A stretch of 64,000 bases of DNA from Candidatus Obscuribacterales bacterium (lineage in GTDB: Bacteria > Cyanobacteriota > Vampirovibrionia > Obscuribacterales > Obscuribacteraceae): the NCBI GenBank assembly GCA_965228855.1, contig CBDDIJ010000003.1:832001-896000 (forward strand), written 5' to 3'. Each line of letters opens with the position of its first letter. Position 1 is the stretch's first letter. A program made the position numbers and the translations under genes. This document shows, one piece after another, positions 29,422 to 39,775 of the stretch. The notes beneath the pieces are model-generated. The model made no database searches. It was not told the origin of the DNA and saw only the letters and a list, made by a program, of their open reading frames with translations.

Positions 29422-30600
29422 ATGGTCAGTAGCGCTTTTAACGACAACCGCGCCTTCCCGGAAATTCCGAGCGATAACGCCGACGCGAAACCCGCCGAGA
29501 AGGCTGATGCGCCATATCCGTGGGTAATCAGTCCGGTTCTCGATTTTGTGTTTATTTATGGTGGCGTTTTCTGGCTGATGTGCGTCATGCACGTGATGTT
29601 GTTCGGTTTTAATGCCGCGAATCTGGAAAATTTGAAATATCACGTCGGAGGACCGATAGATTGGGGCGTGTCGCAGTGGTGGGTGCTGATGGCGATGGTG
29701 ACGCCCGTCCTCATCAATAACACTCACACCTGGGCGACCTACATGCGGATCTATGGCTCTACAGAGGATCGGGAGCGATTCAAGTTCTACGGCCGGTATT
29801 TGATCTGGGCTCCGTTAATTTTGTTTGTATCGGCGCTAATTTATCCGCCGCTCCAGGGGTGGGTTGTCTATGTGCACATGGGTTGGGTCTTTCAGCATTA
29901 CACGTCGCAGACTTATGGCGTCGGTTTGATTTATTGCTATAAACGCAACTACGTCATGAGCGCTCGTGAGAAGCAAATCTACAAGCTATTGCTGGCGTCC
30001 ATATCGGGCTATGTGATCACGCAACTTGCATGTATGCGCGAAGCAGTGCCCGCCGATATGTGGGGCGTTCCACTACCGTTTCTCGGCTTGCCGCGCGAGA
30101 TACACACTGCGGCTGTTGGCTTTCTGATCGTGATGTCTGTGATGTTCACTGGCATGGTGATTGTTCACTACTTTAAACATAAGCGCATGATGCCGTTTCC
30201 AACATTGACCATGACGCTCGGTGTCGGGCTTCTCGGGATGGCGACTGATTATGGTAGTTTGATTGCCTGGCTCTGGGCTCCACCGTTCCTTCATGGAGCG
30301 CAGTATTGCCTGATTTCGCTATCATACTATTTGAAAGAAAAGGGACTACCGAACGGTTGGAGTTCTGCCGATATATCGAAGGCGTTGTTGACTAAGCCGG
30401 CGATCAAGTGGATGGCATGGGCGATTATCGGCGGCAATTTCATCTATGTTGTGATACCGCACATAATGGCGGACTTCGGATGGAGCTTCATGGCGATAGT
30501 TAGTGTTGTGCAGGGATGCGTAAACTTCCATCACTTCTTAACCGACGGCGCCATTTGGAAATTGCGTGACGCGAAAACACGGCAACTACTTATATCGTGA
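29422..30600 (+). CDS. Multi-pass membrane protein with conserved His motifs (paralogue B)
   Basis: Motifs HTWATY, QHYTSQTYG, HGAQY, FHHFLTDGAIW; ATG 29422 within ORF 29383-30600. Confidence 0.78.
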   Translation: MVSSAFNDNRAFPEIPSDNADAKPAEKADAPYPWVISPVLDFVFIYGGVFWLMCVMHVMLFGFNAANLENLKYHVGGPIDWGVSQWWVLMAMVTPVLINNTHTWATYMRIYGSTEDRERFKFYGRYLIWAPLILFVSALIYPPLQGWVVYVHMGWVFQHYTSQTYGVGLIYCYKRNYVMSAREKQIYKLLLASISGYVITQLACMREAVPADMWGVPLPFLGLPREIHTAAVGFLIVMSVMFTGMVIVHYFKHKRMMPFPTLTMTLGVGLLGMATDYGSLIAWLWAPPFLHGAQYCLISLSYYLKEKGLPNGWSSADISKALLTKPAIKWMAWAIIGGNFIYVVIPHIMADFGWSFMAIVSVVQGCVNFHHFLTDGAIWKLRDAKTRQLLIS

Positions 30601-31286
30601 CGACTTCTGTAAGAAATAAGGATACCTCGACACTGAAGGACTATCTGCAACTTCCGTTGATAGCTGTTTTCGTCGTAGCGTCCGTTGGAATGGTAGTCCC
30701 CGAAGTAATCGACTACATGCTCGACGAAAAGGCAAAGTCGTGGCCGACAGTCAATGCTTTGATTACAAAATTTGAGGCACCGATTACGGTATCACTGAAG
30801 GATCCATATTTTGATTGTCAGATTGAGTATAAATATACGATTGGCGATAAGGAATATTCAGGTGCTCGCCTATCCTACAGCAAGCGCAGTCCGCAGTTAG
30901 GATACGACATGGGCAGATTCGAGGAGAATCACAAACCGGGCGTCGAGGTCCCGGTTCATGTAGAGCCTGGTAATCCAGCTAATTCCGTCATGGAGCCTGT
31001 TGAGAATCCGGTAAACGTGATCTGTCACCTTATAGCCGTGGCTGTATTTTTTTCGATTGTTTATTTCGCTGCTTATCCGGTGATCGAAGAGGTTGCAGTT
31101 TCAAATCCAGAGGATGAAACGCTTGATACCGTTGTCGGTGGCACCACTGGCAGCGGTGATGACGAGAACCAGAGAGACAGTGGTGAATCAGGCGGTGTTG
31201 ATAAAGAGTCTAGCGGTAGCGGTGGTGGAACTGGAACTGGTGTCACCGGTGATGGCGGTGATGTTACTGCCGAAAGTCAGAACTGA
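30597..31286 (+). CDS. DUF3592-like membrane protein with acidic G/S/T tail
   Basis: AKSWPTV...IEYKYTIGDKEYSG...PGVEVPVHVEPGNPANSV between two TM helices; GTGA overlap with the upstream stop. Confidence 0.75.
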   Translation: MTTSVRNKDTSTLKDYLQLPLIAVFVVASVGMVVPEVIDYMLDEKAKSWPTVNALITKFEAPITVSLKDPYFDCQIEYKYTIGDKEYSGARLSYSKRSPQLGYDMGRFEENHKPGVEVPVHVEPGNPANSVMEPVENPVNVICHLIAVAVFFSIVYFAAYPVIEEVAVSNPEDETLDTVVGGTTGSGDDENQRDSGESGGVDKESSGSGGGTGTGVTGDGGDVTAESQN

Positions 31287-31990
31287 CTAACACCCGAGCC
31301 GTCTTCGTCTATAAGCAGTTTTGCACTGCCTCCGCATCTCATATTTATTTGTTCTGCCAATAATTCTGCATCGACCGGTAAAAAGATTTCAGGAATTTTC
31401 AGCAGCTCGTTATCTCTGTTAAAAGGACTGTAGAACTTCTCAGCACGTAGCAATAGAAGGGTTTCAGGATCTTGCATTTTGCCGTCGAGAACTTTGGATA
31501 CGAATTGATCAATTTTGTCTGAGTCGATCAAATTCACGCAAACGTAGGTCCCCAACTGTTTTTTTACGCGAGCGCTCCTAATGCATTTCCATGGAACTTG
31601 CTCGAAATTTCTGTAGCGGAGCCTAGTGGTTAATCCCTGAACAGTTAGTTCGACGATCGGACGTGTTTCGCTCTCTGTTTTTGAGCGCACTCGACTTACA
31701 AGGAAGGCAGTGTAAACCATAGAAAGAACAATAGCCGAGAGAACGCAGACGAACAGGGTGCCATTTGGAATCGCTGCGTTTCTGTACAAATCGTGAAGGA
31801 GAGCCCACTGAACGAGATATGCTGCTCCGGAGAGTATTACGAAACCGAAGAACGAGCACTTGCGCAAATAGCGATAGTATCTCTCGCGGTTGTAATAAAG
31901 AGCCAGCGGACCAGCGGGATCTTCAAGGCTCAAACCATGGACGGAGTCGAAACTTGGCTCTAGAAAGACTTCGTTTGAATTTAGTGTCAT
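31277..31990 (-). CDS. Hypothetical membrane protein
   Basis: Two TM helices then a beta-rich (PH-like) region, VPWKCIRS. Confidence 0.6.
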   Translation of the reverse strand: MTLNSNEVFLEPSFDSVHGLSLEDPAGPLALYYNRERYYRYLRKCSFFGFVILSGAAYLVQWALLHDLYRNAAIPNGTLFVCVLSAIVLSMVYTAFLVSRVRSKTESETRPIVELTVQGLTTRLRYRNFEQVPWKCIRSARVKKQLGTYVCVNLIDSDKIDQFVSKVLDGKMQDPETLLLLRAEKFYSPFNRDNELLKIPEIFLPVDAELLAEQINMRCGGSAKLLIDEDGSGVSQF

Positions 31991-32096
31991 CCCAACAGTC
32001 CTATGGTGTCACAAACTATCTTAGCATCAGGAACTAGCTTGCCAGTAGTTTATACTCTGCAAATGATTTTGTTTCAGGTTTTCCCAAGGAACCATC

Positions 32097-33725
32097 GTGA
32101 GTGTATTGATGAATAAACGAAGAAAGCGGGCTACTGCAATTCTGCTCGCTGCTGGATTACTTGCGGGCGTAAACACGGGTTGTTTTGCCGCTGGCCAAAC
32201 TACATCTGTTCAAGGCAAGTCAAAACTGAACTCGAACAGCGAAAAGCACGTGAAGGTCAATGCCGGTTCCGGTTATTTAGAGGTGGCAATTGACACAGTT
32301 GAGTTGATGGCACAGAAGGCGATCGATGATAAGACTGTCGTTGGAATGGCTGTCGCGGTGGTCAAGGACGATAAGGTCGTTTATTCCAAAGGGTTTGGCC
32401 TCCGTGAGGCCGGCAAGGATGCGAAAGTGGATGGCGATACTGTTTTTCAACTGGCGTCGGTTTCAAAACCGATTAGTTCCACCGTGGTTGCGGTGCTAGT
32501 CGGTGAAGGCAAAATCAACTGGGACTCGAAGATTTCAGATCTCGATGCGGGTTTTGAAATGTCTGAACCCTGGGTGACAAGGGAGATCACGCTGCGTGAT
32601 TTGTACGCTCATCGTAGTGGGTGGCCGGAACATGCGGGTGATTTGTTGGAAGATATTGGATACAATCGCGAACAAGTGTTGCACCGTATGCGGTATCAAG
32701 AGCCTGAAGCGAGTTTTCGCTCGCATTATGCCTACACCAATTTTGGTATCACGGAAGCCGCCGTTGCGGCCGCAAAAGCTTATGATACGACGTGGGAAAA
32801 GGCATCTGAGGAGCGCCTATACAAGCCGTTGAAGATGAACTCGACGAGCTCCAGGTACAGCGATTTTGAGGGACGACCTAACAGAGCGCTGAATCACGTT
32901 TCCATTAACGGAAATTGGGCGCATAAGTTTCAACGCCAACCTGATGCTCAGTCTCCGGCAGGTGGTGTGAGTTCGTCCGTTAACGACCTGGCGCAGTGGG
33001 TTCGCTTACAAATGGGTAAGGGCAAGGTTGATGGTGTGCAGGTTGTAGACGCTGCCGCATTGGCTGAAACGCATAAGCCTCATATGATGACGTCCTACAG
33101 TCCGTTGAATAATTTGCCCTGCTTCTACGGGCTGGGTATGAATGTCAACTATGACGAAAAGGCGCGTTTGCGCCTAAGTCATTCGGGCGCGTTCGCGATG
33201 GGGGCGGCGACAAATGTTTCCATGGCGCCTGAGCAGCAAGTGGGAATTGTAGTCTTGACCAATTGCTACCCAATTGGCTTCGCCGAGGCAGTTGGAAGCA
33301 CATTTATGGATGTGGCACTGGATGGCAAATCGAGCCGCGATTGGGTCGCTCTATACAAGAAAGTATTCGCGGACCCGACAACTCTGGGATTGAATCCGGA
33401 CGCGACTGATTATGGGAAGCCGCCGGCAAATGCGGTGGCGCCCATGGCTAACGACGCTTACGTTGGTACGTTTGCGAACGAGTTTTTCGGTGACGTTTCT
33501 GTTGCTACTAAGGACGGTGCTCTCGTAGTTAGGCTTGGTCCGAATGAGAGCGAACGGGCTCTGAAGCACTTCAATCGCGACGTCTTTTCTTTTGAAACCT
33601 TTGGAGAGAACGCGTCCGGTTGGACTGGTGTAACATTCACGGTGGGCGCCGATGGCAAAGCCAGTTCAGTTCAAATTGAAGCGCTGGATATTCACGGTCA
33701 GGGGAAGTTCAATCGCAAGAAATGA
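32097..33725 (+). CDS. Serine hydrolase, beta-lactamase class C/AmpH-like, with C-terminal DUF3471-like domain
   Basis: FQLASVSK (SxxK), YTN (YxN), HSG triad motifs; signal peptide; YVGTFANEFFG C-domain. Confidence 0.88.
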   Translation: MSVLMNKRRKRATAILLAAGLLAGVNTGCFAAGQTTSVQGKSKLNSNSEKHVKVNAGSGYLEVAIDTVELMAQKAIDDKTVVGMAVAVVKDDKVVYSKGFGLREAGKDAKVDGDTVFQLASVSKPISSTVVAVLVGEGKINWDSKISDLDAGFEMSEPWVTREITLRDLYAHRSGWPEHAGDLLEDIGYNREQVLHRMRYQEPEASFRSHYAYTNFGITEAAVAAAKAYDTTWEKASEERLYKPLKMNSTSSRYSDFEGRPNRALNHVSINGNWAHKFQRQPDAQSPAGGVSSSVNDLAQWVRLQMGKGKVDGVQVVDAAALAETHKPHMMTSYSPLNNLPCFYGLGMNVNYDEKARLRLSHSGAFAMGAATNVSMAPEQQVGIVVLTNCYPIGFAEAVGSTFMDVALDGKSSRDWVALYKKVFADPTTLGLNPDATDYGKPPANAVAPMANDAYVGTFANEFFGDVSVATKDGALVVRLGPNESERALKHFNRDVFSFETFGENASGWTGVTFTVGADGKASSVQIEALDIHGQGKFNRKK

Positions 33726-33773
33726 GTAATAGAAGTTAGCCCTCGCGCTAATAGATGAATGGAGGGCGACTTC

Positions 33774-34850
33774 GTGGATGGGCTGTTAGAAAAACTTGCA
33801 ATTCGCTTGCCGATTGTTCAAGCTCCTATGGCTGGTGTCTCTACGCCGGAAATGGCGGCGGCTGTTTCAAACGCGGGCGGTTTAGGTTCTATTGGAATAG
33901 GAGCGCAAACCGCAGCCCAGGCGCATGACACCATAGCAGCTACCCAAAAATTGACGTCCAACTCAATAAATGTGAACGTGTTTTGCCACCAACCGGCTTC
34001 TTCGGATTCTAGTCGCGAATCTGCATGGTTGGCTTATCTTGCCCCGTTTTTCGAGAGGTTTAATGCTCAGCCCCCTGCTCGATTGACCGAGATTTACAAA
34101 AGCTTTCTTGTTGATGATGACATGCTAAGTGTCTTGTGTGAGTTGCGTCCCAGAGTAGTTAGCTTTCACTTTGGCTTGCCTGAGCAAAGCCGAATAGAGA
34201 AGTTGCAGGAGAATGGAATCGTACTGCTTGCGACAGTTACCAACCTGGTGGAGGCGCTTGAAGCGCAGGAAGTTGGCGTTGATGCAGTTGTTGCTCAAGG
34301 CTTCGAAGCTGGTGGACATCGAGGTGTGTTTGATCCGGATGCAATCGATGATCAGATGGGTACCCTTGCATTGACTCGCTGGCTAGTTGCCAATCTGGAT
34401 GTGCCCGTAATTTCGGCAGGCGGTATCATGGATGGTGCTGGCATTGTGGCTTGTTTAAATCTTGGCGCTGCCGCTGCGCAACTTGGTACTGCATTCGTAG
34501 CTTGTCCTGAATCTGCTGCCGATGATTTTTACAAGGGGGCACTCTGTTCGGAAGCCGCGATGCATACAACGATGACTCGCGCGATCTCTGGAAGACCGGC
34601 GCGATGTCTAGCGAATGTTTTCACCGCGATAGGAAAGGAAACGGTTTCTTCCTCGATACCGGACTATCCGATTGCCTATGATGCAGGGAAGGCGTTAAAT
34701 GCCGCAGCAAAGAAAGCTGGCGAAGGCGGATACGGAGCGCAGTGGGCTGGGCAGGGAGCGCCTCTATCGCGCCCGCTCCCAGCGTCCGAGTTGATTGCGT
34801 TATTGGAAAGTGAGATGAATGACGTGCTCAAGCTCCAGTCCAGCATTTAG
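33774..34850 (+). CDS. Nitronate monooxygenase family flavoprotein
   Basis: PIVQAPMAG, VSFHFG, QGFEAGGHRG, SAGGIMDG, AQLGTAF, ISGRPAR; GTG 33774 after GGAGG (ORF from 33759). Confidence 0.9.
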   Translation: MDGLLEKLAIRLPIVQAPMAGVSTPEMAAAVSNAGGLGSIGIGAQTAAQAHDTIAATQKLTSNSINVNVFCHQPASSDSSRESAWLAYLAPFFERFNAQPPARLTEIYKSFLVDDDMLSVLCELRPRVVSFHFGLPEQSRIEKLQENGIVLLATVTNLVEALEAQEVGVDAVVAQGFEAGGHRGVFDPDAIDDQMGTLALTRWLVANLDVPVISAGGIMDGAGIVACLNLGAAAAQLGTAFVACPESAADDFYKGALCSEAAMHTTMTRAISGRPARCLANVFTAIGKETVSSSIPDYPIAYDAGKALNAAAKKAGEGGYGAQWAGQGAPLSRPLPASELIALLESEMNDVLKLQSSI

Positions 34851-34982
34851 CTCTCGATTGCGGTTTTTCTGGCGATGGTTTGGTTTTGAAATCGCCTAAA
34901 TATGGTTCAATCTATTAGTAGGCAGCGTTTCAGTTACAAGCTGCCTGGAAGCAGACGGTAGTTGGTTCAGACGTAACGGCTC

Positions 34983-36323
34983 ATGATTACGTGGGATTCC
35001 GGAAAGGTATTTCGTAAGCGAAGCACTGTGGTGGTGGTCGCTCTCTGCGGCGCGATTCTAAACAGCCAGGGCGCTTTCGCAATCGATGATAAGGATTTGC
35101 CCTCTTTCTTAAGACCGACCAAGACTGAAGAAAATGAGAGTGCAAAGGCTGACGAGATGTCTGATGCGCCGGAGGAGAAACCTTCAGAGAGGCGCGGAAA
35201 GAAAAGAAAGCGACTAAAGTCGGAAGACTCCCATGCTGAGCGGTCTTCCAGGAAAACAGGAGAGCCTATCGAGTCCGGTTCCGGTAGCGCGGAAGATGTT
35301 TCATCCGATAGAAATGGCTACGAGTCTGAGTTAGGGGCGGCATCACGGCCCGTAATGACTGCTGATCCGATTGAGACCGCGGCTGCCGGATCATCATCGA
35401 GACCGCCTTTGCAGGGTTCCGCTGAGGTGATGGAGGTAATTCTGGATGAACAACCTCTCTTCAAAGAAGCTCGTGCCTCAATCGAAAAGGAGGATTACGG
35501 CAGGGCGATTGGATATTTGCAGCAACTGGAAGCGCAGTTCGGCGAGGGCTACGAGCCGCTCAAAGCGGAGTGCATGTACTACGAAGCCGGCTGCCATCAG
35601 AAACTAAGCCGCCAGAATGCAGCAATGGACACGTATCATAAGGCGTTCGAATTGTTCGAAAAATATGACTCGTCCAATCCATTGAAGGGTAAAGCCTGGA
35701 ATGATTATTTTCGCTTGAAGCATCCGACAAAGCTCCAGGGAAATGTCGCAGAACAGGCTCCTTTAGGTATTTTGATGCCGCAGCGGGCGCAAATTGCAAT
35801 CGATCCGAACGCTGTCTTGGAAGTTAGGGACAATAATCGCGATATTCCTGTGCTCGCTGTGAATGATAAGGCGGTTCTACCGCTAATCGTCAAAGAATGC
35901 TTTTCGGACATGAATTGTTTGGAAACCGCTGAAATCGGTTCAAACGTAACCAACGCAACGCAGCGCTGGATGCCGCTCATGGTCTACGGTAAAGCAGCAG
36001 CGTTCGGCATGAATAGTTCTGGTACGGGACATCCCGCGTTCAAAGCCAAGGTGAACGGCCGCATGTACACGTTTGATGTCGTCCTCCCGAATATGGGGCA
36101 AGGCCTGCGAAAAATTTTGCTTGTGACGAACATGGAGAAGATATGCGCTGTCGATGTCGATTCTTTTGATACCTGGCTTTTGCGGATGACAAAGGCCAAG
36201 GATGGCAGAATTTTGACGGCTCGCTGGTTTAAGCTGACGCATATTAAACCGCATGTGCCTGTCGTTTCCCCTGCCGCGAATCCGCAGCAGCTCCTTCATC
36301 CCAATAGCAAAAGAAACTGGTGA
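34983..36323 (+). CDS. Exported TPR-containing hypothetical protein
   Basis: Signal ending AFA; disordered charged linker; TPR helices; beta-rich C-domain. Confidence 0.7.
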   Translation: MITWDSGKVFRKRSTVVVVALCGAILNSQGAFAIDDKDLPSFLRPTKTEENESAKADEMSDAPEEKPSERRGKKRKRLKSEDSHAERSSRKTGEPIESGSGSAEDVSSDRNGYESELGAASRPVMTADPIETAAAGSSSRPPLQGSAEVMEVILDEQPLFKEARASIEKEDYGRAIGYLQQLEAQFGEGYEPLKAECMYYEAGCHQKLSRQNAAMDTYHKAFELFEKYDSSNPLKGKAWNDYFRLKHPTKLQGNVAEQAPLGILMPQRAQIAIDPNAVLEVRDNNRDIPVLAVNDKAVLPLIVKECFSDMNCLETAEIGSNVTNATQRWMPLMVYGKAAAFGMNSSGTGHPAFKAKVNGRMYTFDVVLPNMGQGLRKILLVTNMEKICAVDVDSFDTWLLRMTKAKDGRILTARWFKLTHIKPHVPVVSPAANPQQLLHPNSKRNW

Positions 36324-36342
36324 GGGTTTTCCGTCCAAATGT

Positions 36343-36374
36343 ATGAAAGGACAGTCCTTCGACCGTCCTTTCAT
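36343..36374. terminator. Probable terminator hairpin between convergent genes
   Basis: atgaaaggac...gtcctttcat 10-bp outer stem. Confidence 0.6.
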
Positions 36375-36464
36375 TTATCGCGTGGTGCTAAGGTCGCGAT
36401 TTAACCTGTGCGCTTAATCACTGGGGTATGATTTATGAGCGCGTGCGAAGTGTTCGATTACCGG

Positions 36465-39329
36465 TCAAAGCCCGCCTCCGAGACCTCCATAGTTGTTTAT
36501 GATGAATGTTCCGACTAGGTGAGCGGCGATTGGTGCCACCAGAATTAGTATCGCTGCTTTCGCGAGGCGTTGGTTGCTGAGCGGTTTTTTCCCGTTTACA
36601 AAGAGAAATCCGACGATGCAAGCAATAACAAATGTCAGAGCGGTCGCAAACCGAGAGATATCACGGGCGGTATCATAGCCGAAATCCGCAATCTGACCGA
36701 TTTCGTTAGTCTGTCCATAGCGTGGATCGACGGGAGCCCCTACCAATCCTCCTCCTCCAAGTGTCTGCGGATGGACGTAGCTAAAGACCTTTTGTCGATT
36801 CAACTCGAATTCTCTTTGTTGTTTATCGTTTTCGAAAACGATGGCTCCTGTCGCTGGGGTCACGATGCGGTAGGTTGAGGCCAATGCTATTGCTGTGCCG
36901 TCTTCATCCTGATTGATTAGTCTCGACACTTCGTCACGTGCCCACAGCGCTGTAATTTGATTGGCAATCGTTGGATCTGCAATTAGAGTCTGAGGTTGTG
37001 CGGTCGTAACTGAACGCTGCAACACCATCGAAGAAGTTCCTCTATCTAAGCGGGAAATGAAAGTCGTCAGTTCCTTTCCGCTATGCACTGTGACTGATTC
37101 GATTGTTAGTTGATTCGAAACATCATCATTGTCGATCGAGTCGAGGAGTGCGTTTGGCTCTTTGATTGCGTTGTGGTTGACATCACGTTCCGACCTGGCA
37201 GGCGACATGCGCAAATCATACAGTCGGACGGGGTTGACTAGATCAAGTGCCTGTTTCTCCTGCGCACCGTAGGACATAGCCTGCGGACCGTGAATCCATA
37301 CGACGGCGCTGGCTGGCTTCTCTGCCGCTACCTCAAGAGCTTCTCTAAGTTGATTTCGGTTGTCCTGACCTCCGATGAATGCGTCCTCCGTGAGTTGAGC
37401 TAACGCTTGGTGTCGCGATTTGGGGACAATCTCTATTGTGTCTTGGTCTTTCTTGCTTTGTTCATGAACCAAATAAACTTTTGGATTCAGTTTCTGAGGA
37501 ATGCTGCTGAGGAGCTGCTTTATTGGCTCTATATCGGACTTGAGTGCGTCAGACATGTCGATAACTATTGACAAATTGCGGACTGCGCCGGCTGAGACCT
37601 TCTGGATCTGTTGCACTATGTATCTTTTACTTGGGGCGGTTACGTCCGGAACGGTCACCACCTGTGGTGCATCAGGGCGTCTCACTTTTATCGACTTCAT
37701 GCCCTTCAAGTTATCGTTAATCTTCAAAATTCCATTGAGTACATAATGGTTCGATTGCTTGGAACAGGTGACTCCCGGAATTTCTTCTGCAAGCATCTCT
37801 CCTGATTGCAGCGTGAAACGGTGGCGCTTTGGCTGAGAGAAATTGCTGCTCACGATGCGAGGTAAGCGCATGCTAGCTGCGTTCGCTTCAGTTGTCGTCA
37901 GGGGAAGTTTGAAACCAATCCTGATTTTCATATCTCGACCTTCGCCAGGAACCGGGAAACAGCGAACCAGAATTTTATCCTCTGCCAACATTTTGACAAG
38001 AAGTGAATCGCGTCGTGTGTTTACAATGTCCTCGGAAGCAGCCGTGGTCCGTCCAGCCGAGGCGAAAATTGCTTCTCGTTGTTTACCGTCCACCCATAGT
38101 GTCGCCTGCGATACCACGGCACCAGGAGGAAGTTCTAATTCAGCGCGTGCCTCTTGCTCGGTACCGGTTGCGTTGTGAAGAACAAGCGTCCAGCTCAAGT
38201 CTCCCGAGAGGCTTGCGGGATTCATATTTCCGGTCAACTGGGATTTCGCCAGCGCCAAGCCACTGATTTCGCTTCCGACATATTGATTGTAAGGCTGTGC
38301 ACTGTCCTCAAAGCGCGAGAGCTTGAATGGTTTACCTGTAACTCTAAAGTATAAGTTGCGGTCCAAATCTGTTGCCGCATCGAATCCGCGGTTGGGAAGC
38401 AGCATCTCTGCAAGTGCGAAACCGCTTGTGGGACTTGATGATGGACGGAGATCTTCATCGGTAGCTAATTTGCGTAAGCTCGCGATCGCTTCGATTTGTT
38501 TTTCTGTAGAACCGTTTTTCGCGTCGGACACTAGCGATTGAACATAAATTGATCGCCCCATCGGCGTGAGGACAAACAGCAGCGCAAGTAGTCCACCAAG
38601 AATCGAAAAGGTTGTTGTGATGCGGCTTATATTTGTTTCGGTTTTTCTCCAGAGTTCGATGTTTAGACAAGTGGCGGCAAATAGCAGGGCTGGGGATGCG
38701 CAAAGAAGCAGCATCCATCCTAATTTGCAGGATGGAGCGCCTGTCGTAACGAACATAGACGCTATCCAGATTAGTGTCCACGAAGCTGAGAGCCCGAGCG
38801 CGAGACCGTTCATAAGCCCGACCACGCGCGGATGCGCGATGTAGCGTTTTCGGACAGAACTCCAAACTGCAAAATTAAAGAATGGAACAATCAATAGAAG
38901 CAGCAACTTCCCCACAAGTTCAACCATGTTGCCTGGAGGCGAGGTTGCTAGAGAGAAAACGCCATAGCTCAGAAGACTGATGCCAGGAATAATAACGCCA
39001 AGCGTAAGAACAAAAACGCCTTCGAAAGGAGGGGCGAATGCATCATATTCTTTGTTCGCTCGGAATAAGAAACGCTCGGCAATTACGTGAAATGCGACAG
39101 CCAAAGCTGACAAGATCGTAAATGCTGCGAGAAAAATAACTGGTGTTTTCAGCAAACACACTGAGGTTGCGAAAAATATCGCGATAATTGAAAGGTACAG
39201 TGACGGCTCTTTGAAAATAGTTTGCTTGCCGCCTTCGTAGCCACTGATCTTGATTTCCGTGATTTCTAGATTCTCTGATGCTTCAGACGGGGTGTCAGGC
39301 TCTGATGGCTTGTCTATTGTGGTGGTCAT
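36465..39329 (-). CDS. Integral membrane VIT (vault inter-alpha-trypsin)/vWA-like domain protein
   Basis: About 7 N-terminal TM helices; EQEARAELELPPGAVVSQATLWVDGKQREA VIT motif; vWA-like IVIDMS; YRIVTPATGAIVFE; GGAGG RBS before ATG 39329. Confidence 0.8.
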   Translation of the reverse strand: MTTTIDKPSEPDTPSEASENLEITEIKISGYEGGKQTIFKEPSLYLSIIAIFFATSVCLLKTPVIFLAAFTILSALAVAFHVIAERFLFRANKEYDAFAPPFEGVFVLTLGVIIPGISLLSYGVFSLATSPPGNMVELVGKLLLLLIVPFFNFAVWSSVRKRYIAHPRVVGLMNGLALGLSASWTLIWIASMFVTTGAPSCKLGWMLLLCASPALLFAATCLNIELWRKTETNISRITTTFSILGGLLALLFVLTPMGRSIYVQSLVSDAKNGSTEKQIEAIASLRKLATDEDLRPSSSPTSGFALAEMLLPNRGFDAATDLDRNLYFRVTGKPFKLSRFEDSAQPYNQYVGSEISGLALAKSQLTGNMNPASLSGDLSWTLVLHNATGTEQEARAELELPPGAVVSQATLWVDGKQREAIFASAGRTTAASEDIVNTRRDSLLVKMLAEDKILVRCFPVPGEGRDMKIRIGFKLPLTTTEANAASMRLPRIVSSNFSQPKRHRFTLQSGEMLAEEIPGVTCSKQSNHYVLNGILKINDNLKGMKSIKVRRPDAPQVVTVPDVTAPSKRYIVQQIQKVSAGAVRNLSIVIDMSDALKSDIEPIKQLLSSIPQKLNPKVYLVHEQSKKDQDTIEIVPKSRHQALAQLTEDAFIGGQDNRNQLREALEVAAEKPASAVVWIHGPQAMSYGAQEKQALDLVNPVRLYDLRMSPARSERDVNHNAIKEPNALLDSIDNDDVSNQLTIESVTVHSGKELTTFISRLDRGTSSMVLQRSVTTAQPQTLIADPTIANQITALWARDEVSRLINQDEDGTAIALASTYRIVTPATGAIVFENDKQQREFELNRQKVFSYVHPQTLGGGGLVGAPVDPRYGQTNEIGQIADFGYDTARDISRFATALTFVIACIVGFLFVNGKKPLSNQRLAKAAILILVAPIAAHLVGTFIINNYGGLGGGL

Positions 39330-39559
39330 TGAATATCCTCCAAATCGGAGTGAGAAACGAGGGCGCGAGTATGCCAACGCTCGATCATTTTGAGATCGGG
39401 CAAAAGCCGCACTTAGAGCTAATCTCTAAGCGTCAAATTTGAGGTGGGTGTTTGCATTATGAGTCCTGGAGGCATGTCTCGCAAGTCCGCCGCTGCGAGC
39501 CTAGTCGTATAACCCGCATGGCCAGAGAGGTTTTGCGAAGTCTATTCGCGCCTTGACGC

Positions 39560-39592
39560 GTGATTACACGATGGGCGTCGTCGTGTAATCAC
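39560..39592. promoter_or_regulatory. 12-bp perfect inverted repeat in a divergent intergenic region
   Basis: gtgattacacga-N9-tcgtgtaatcac. Confidence 0.45.
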
Positions 39593-39775
39593 TACTGATC
39601 GAACGTTGTTTGAATCGGACCGGAAGCGTTACGGATTTCTTGAACATGAGCACAAAATCATAAGTCGTTCAATGCCGCTGTGAACTGGCAATCGGGCTTA
39701 ACAGATCACATACCCCACACAATTTATTGATAAAGGAACGCGATCCTCTTTAATACTGCTACGCAGTTTGGTAGT

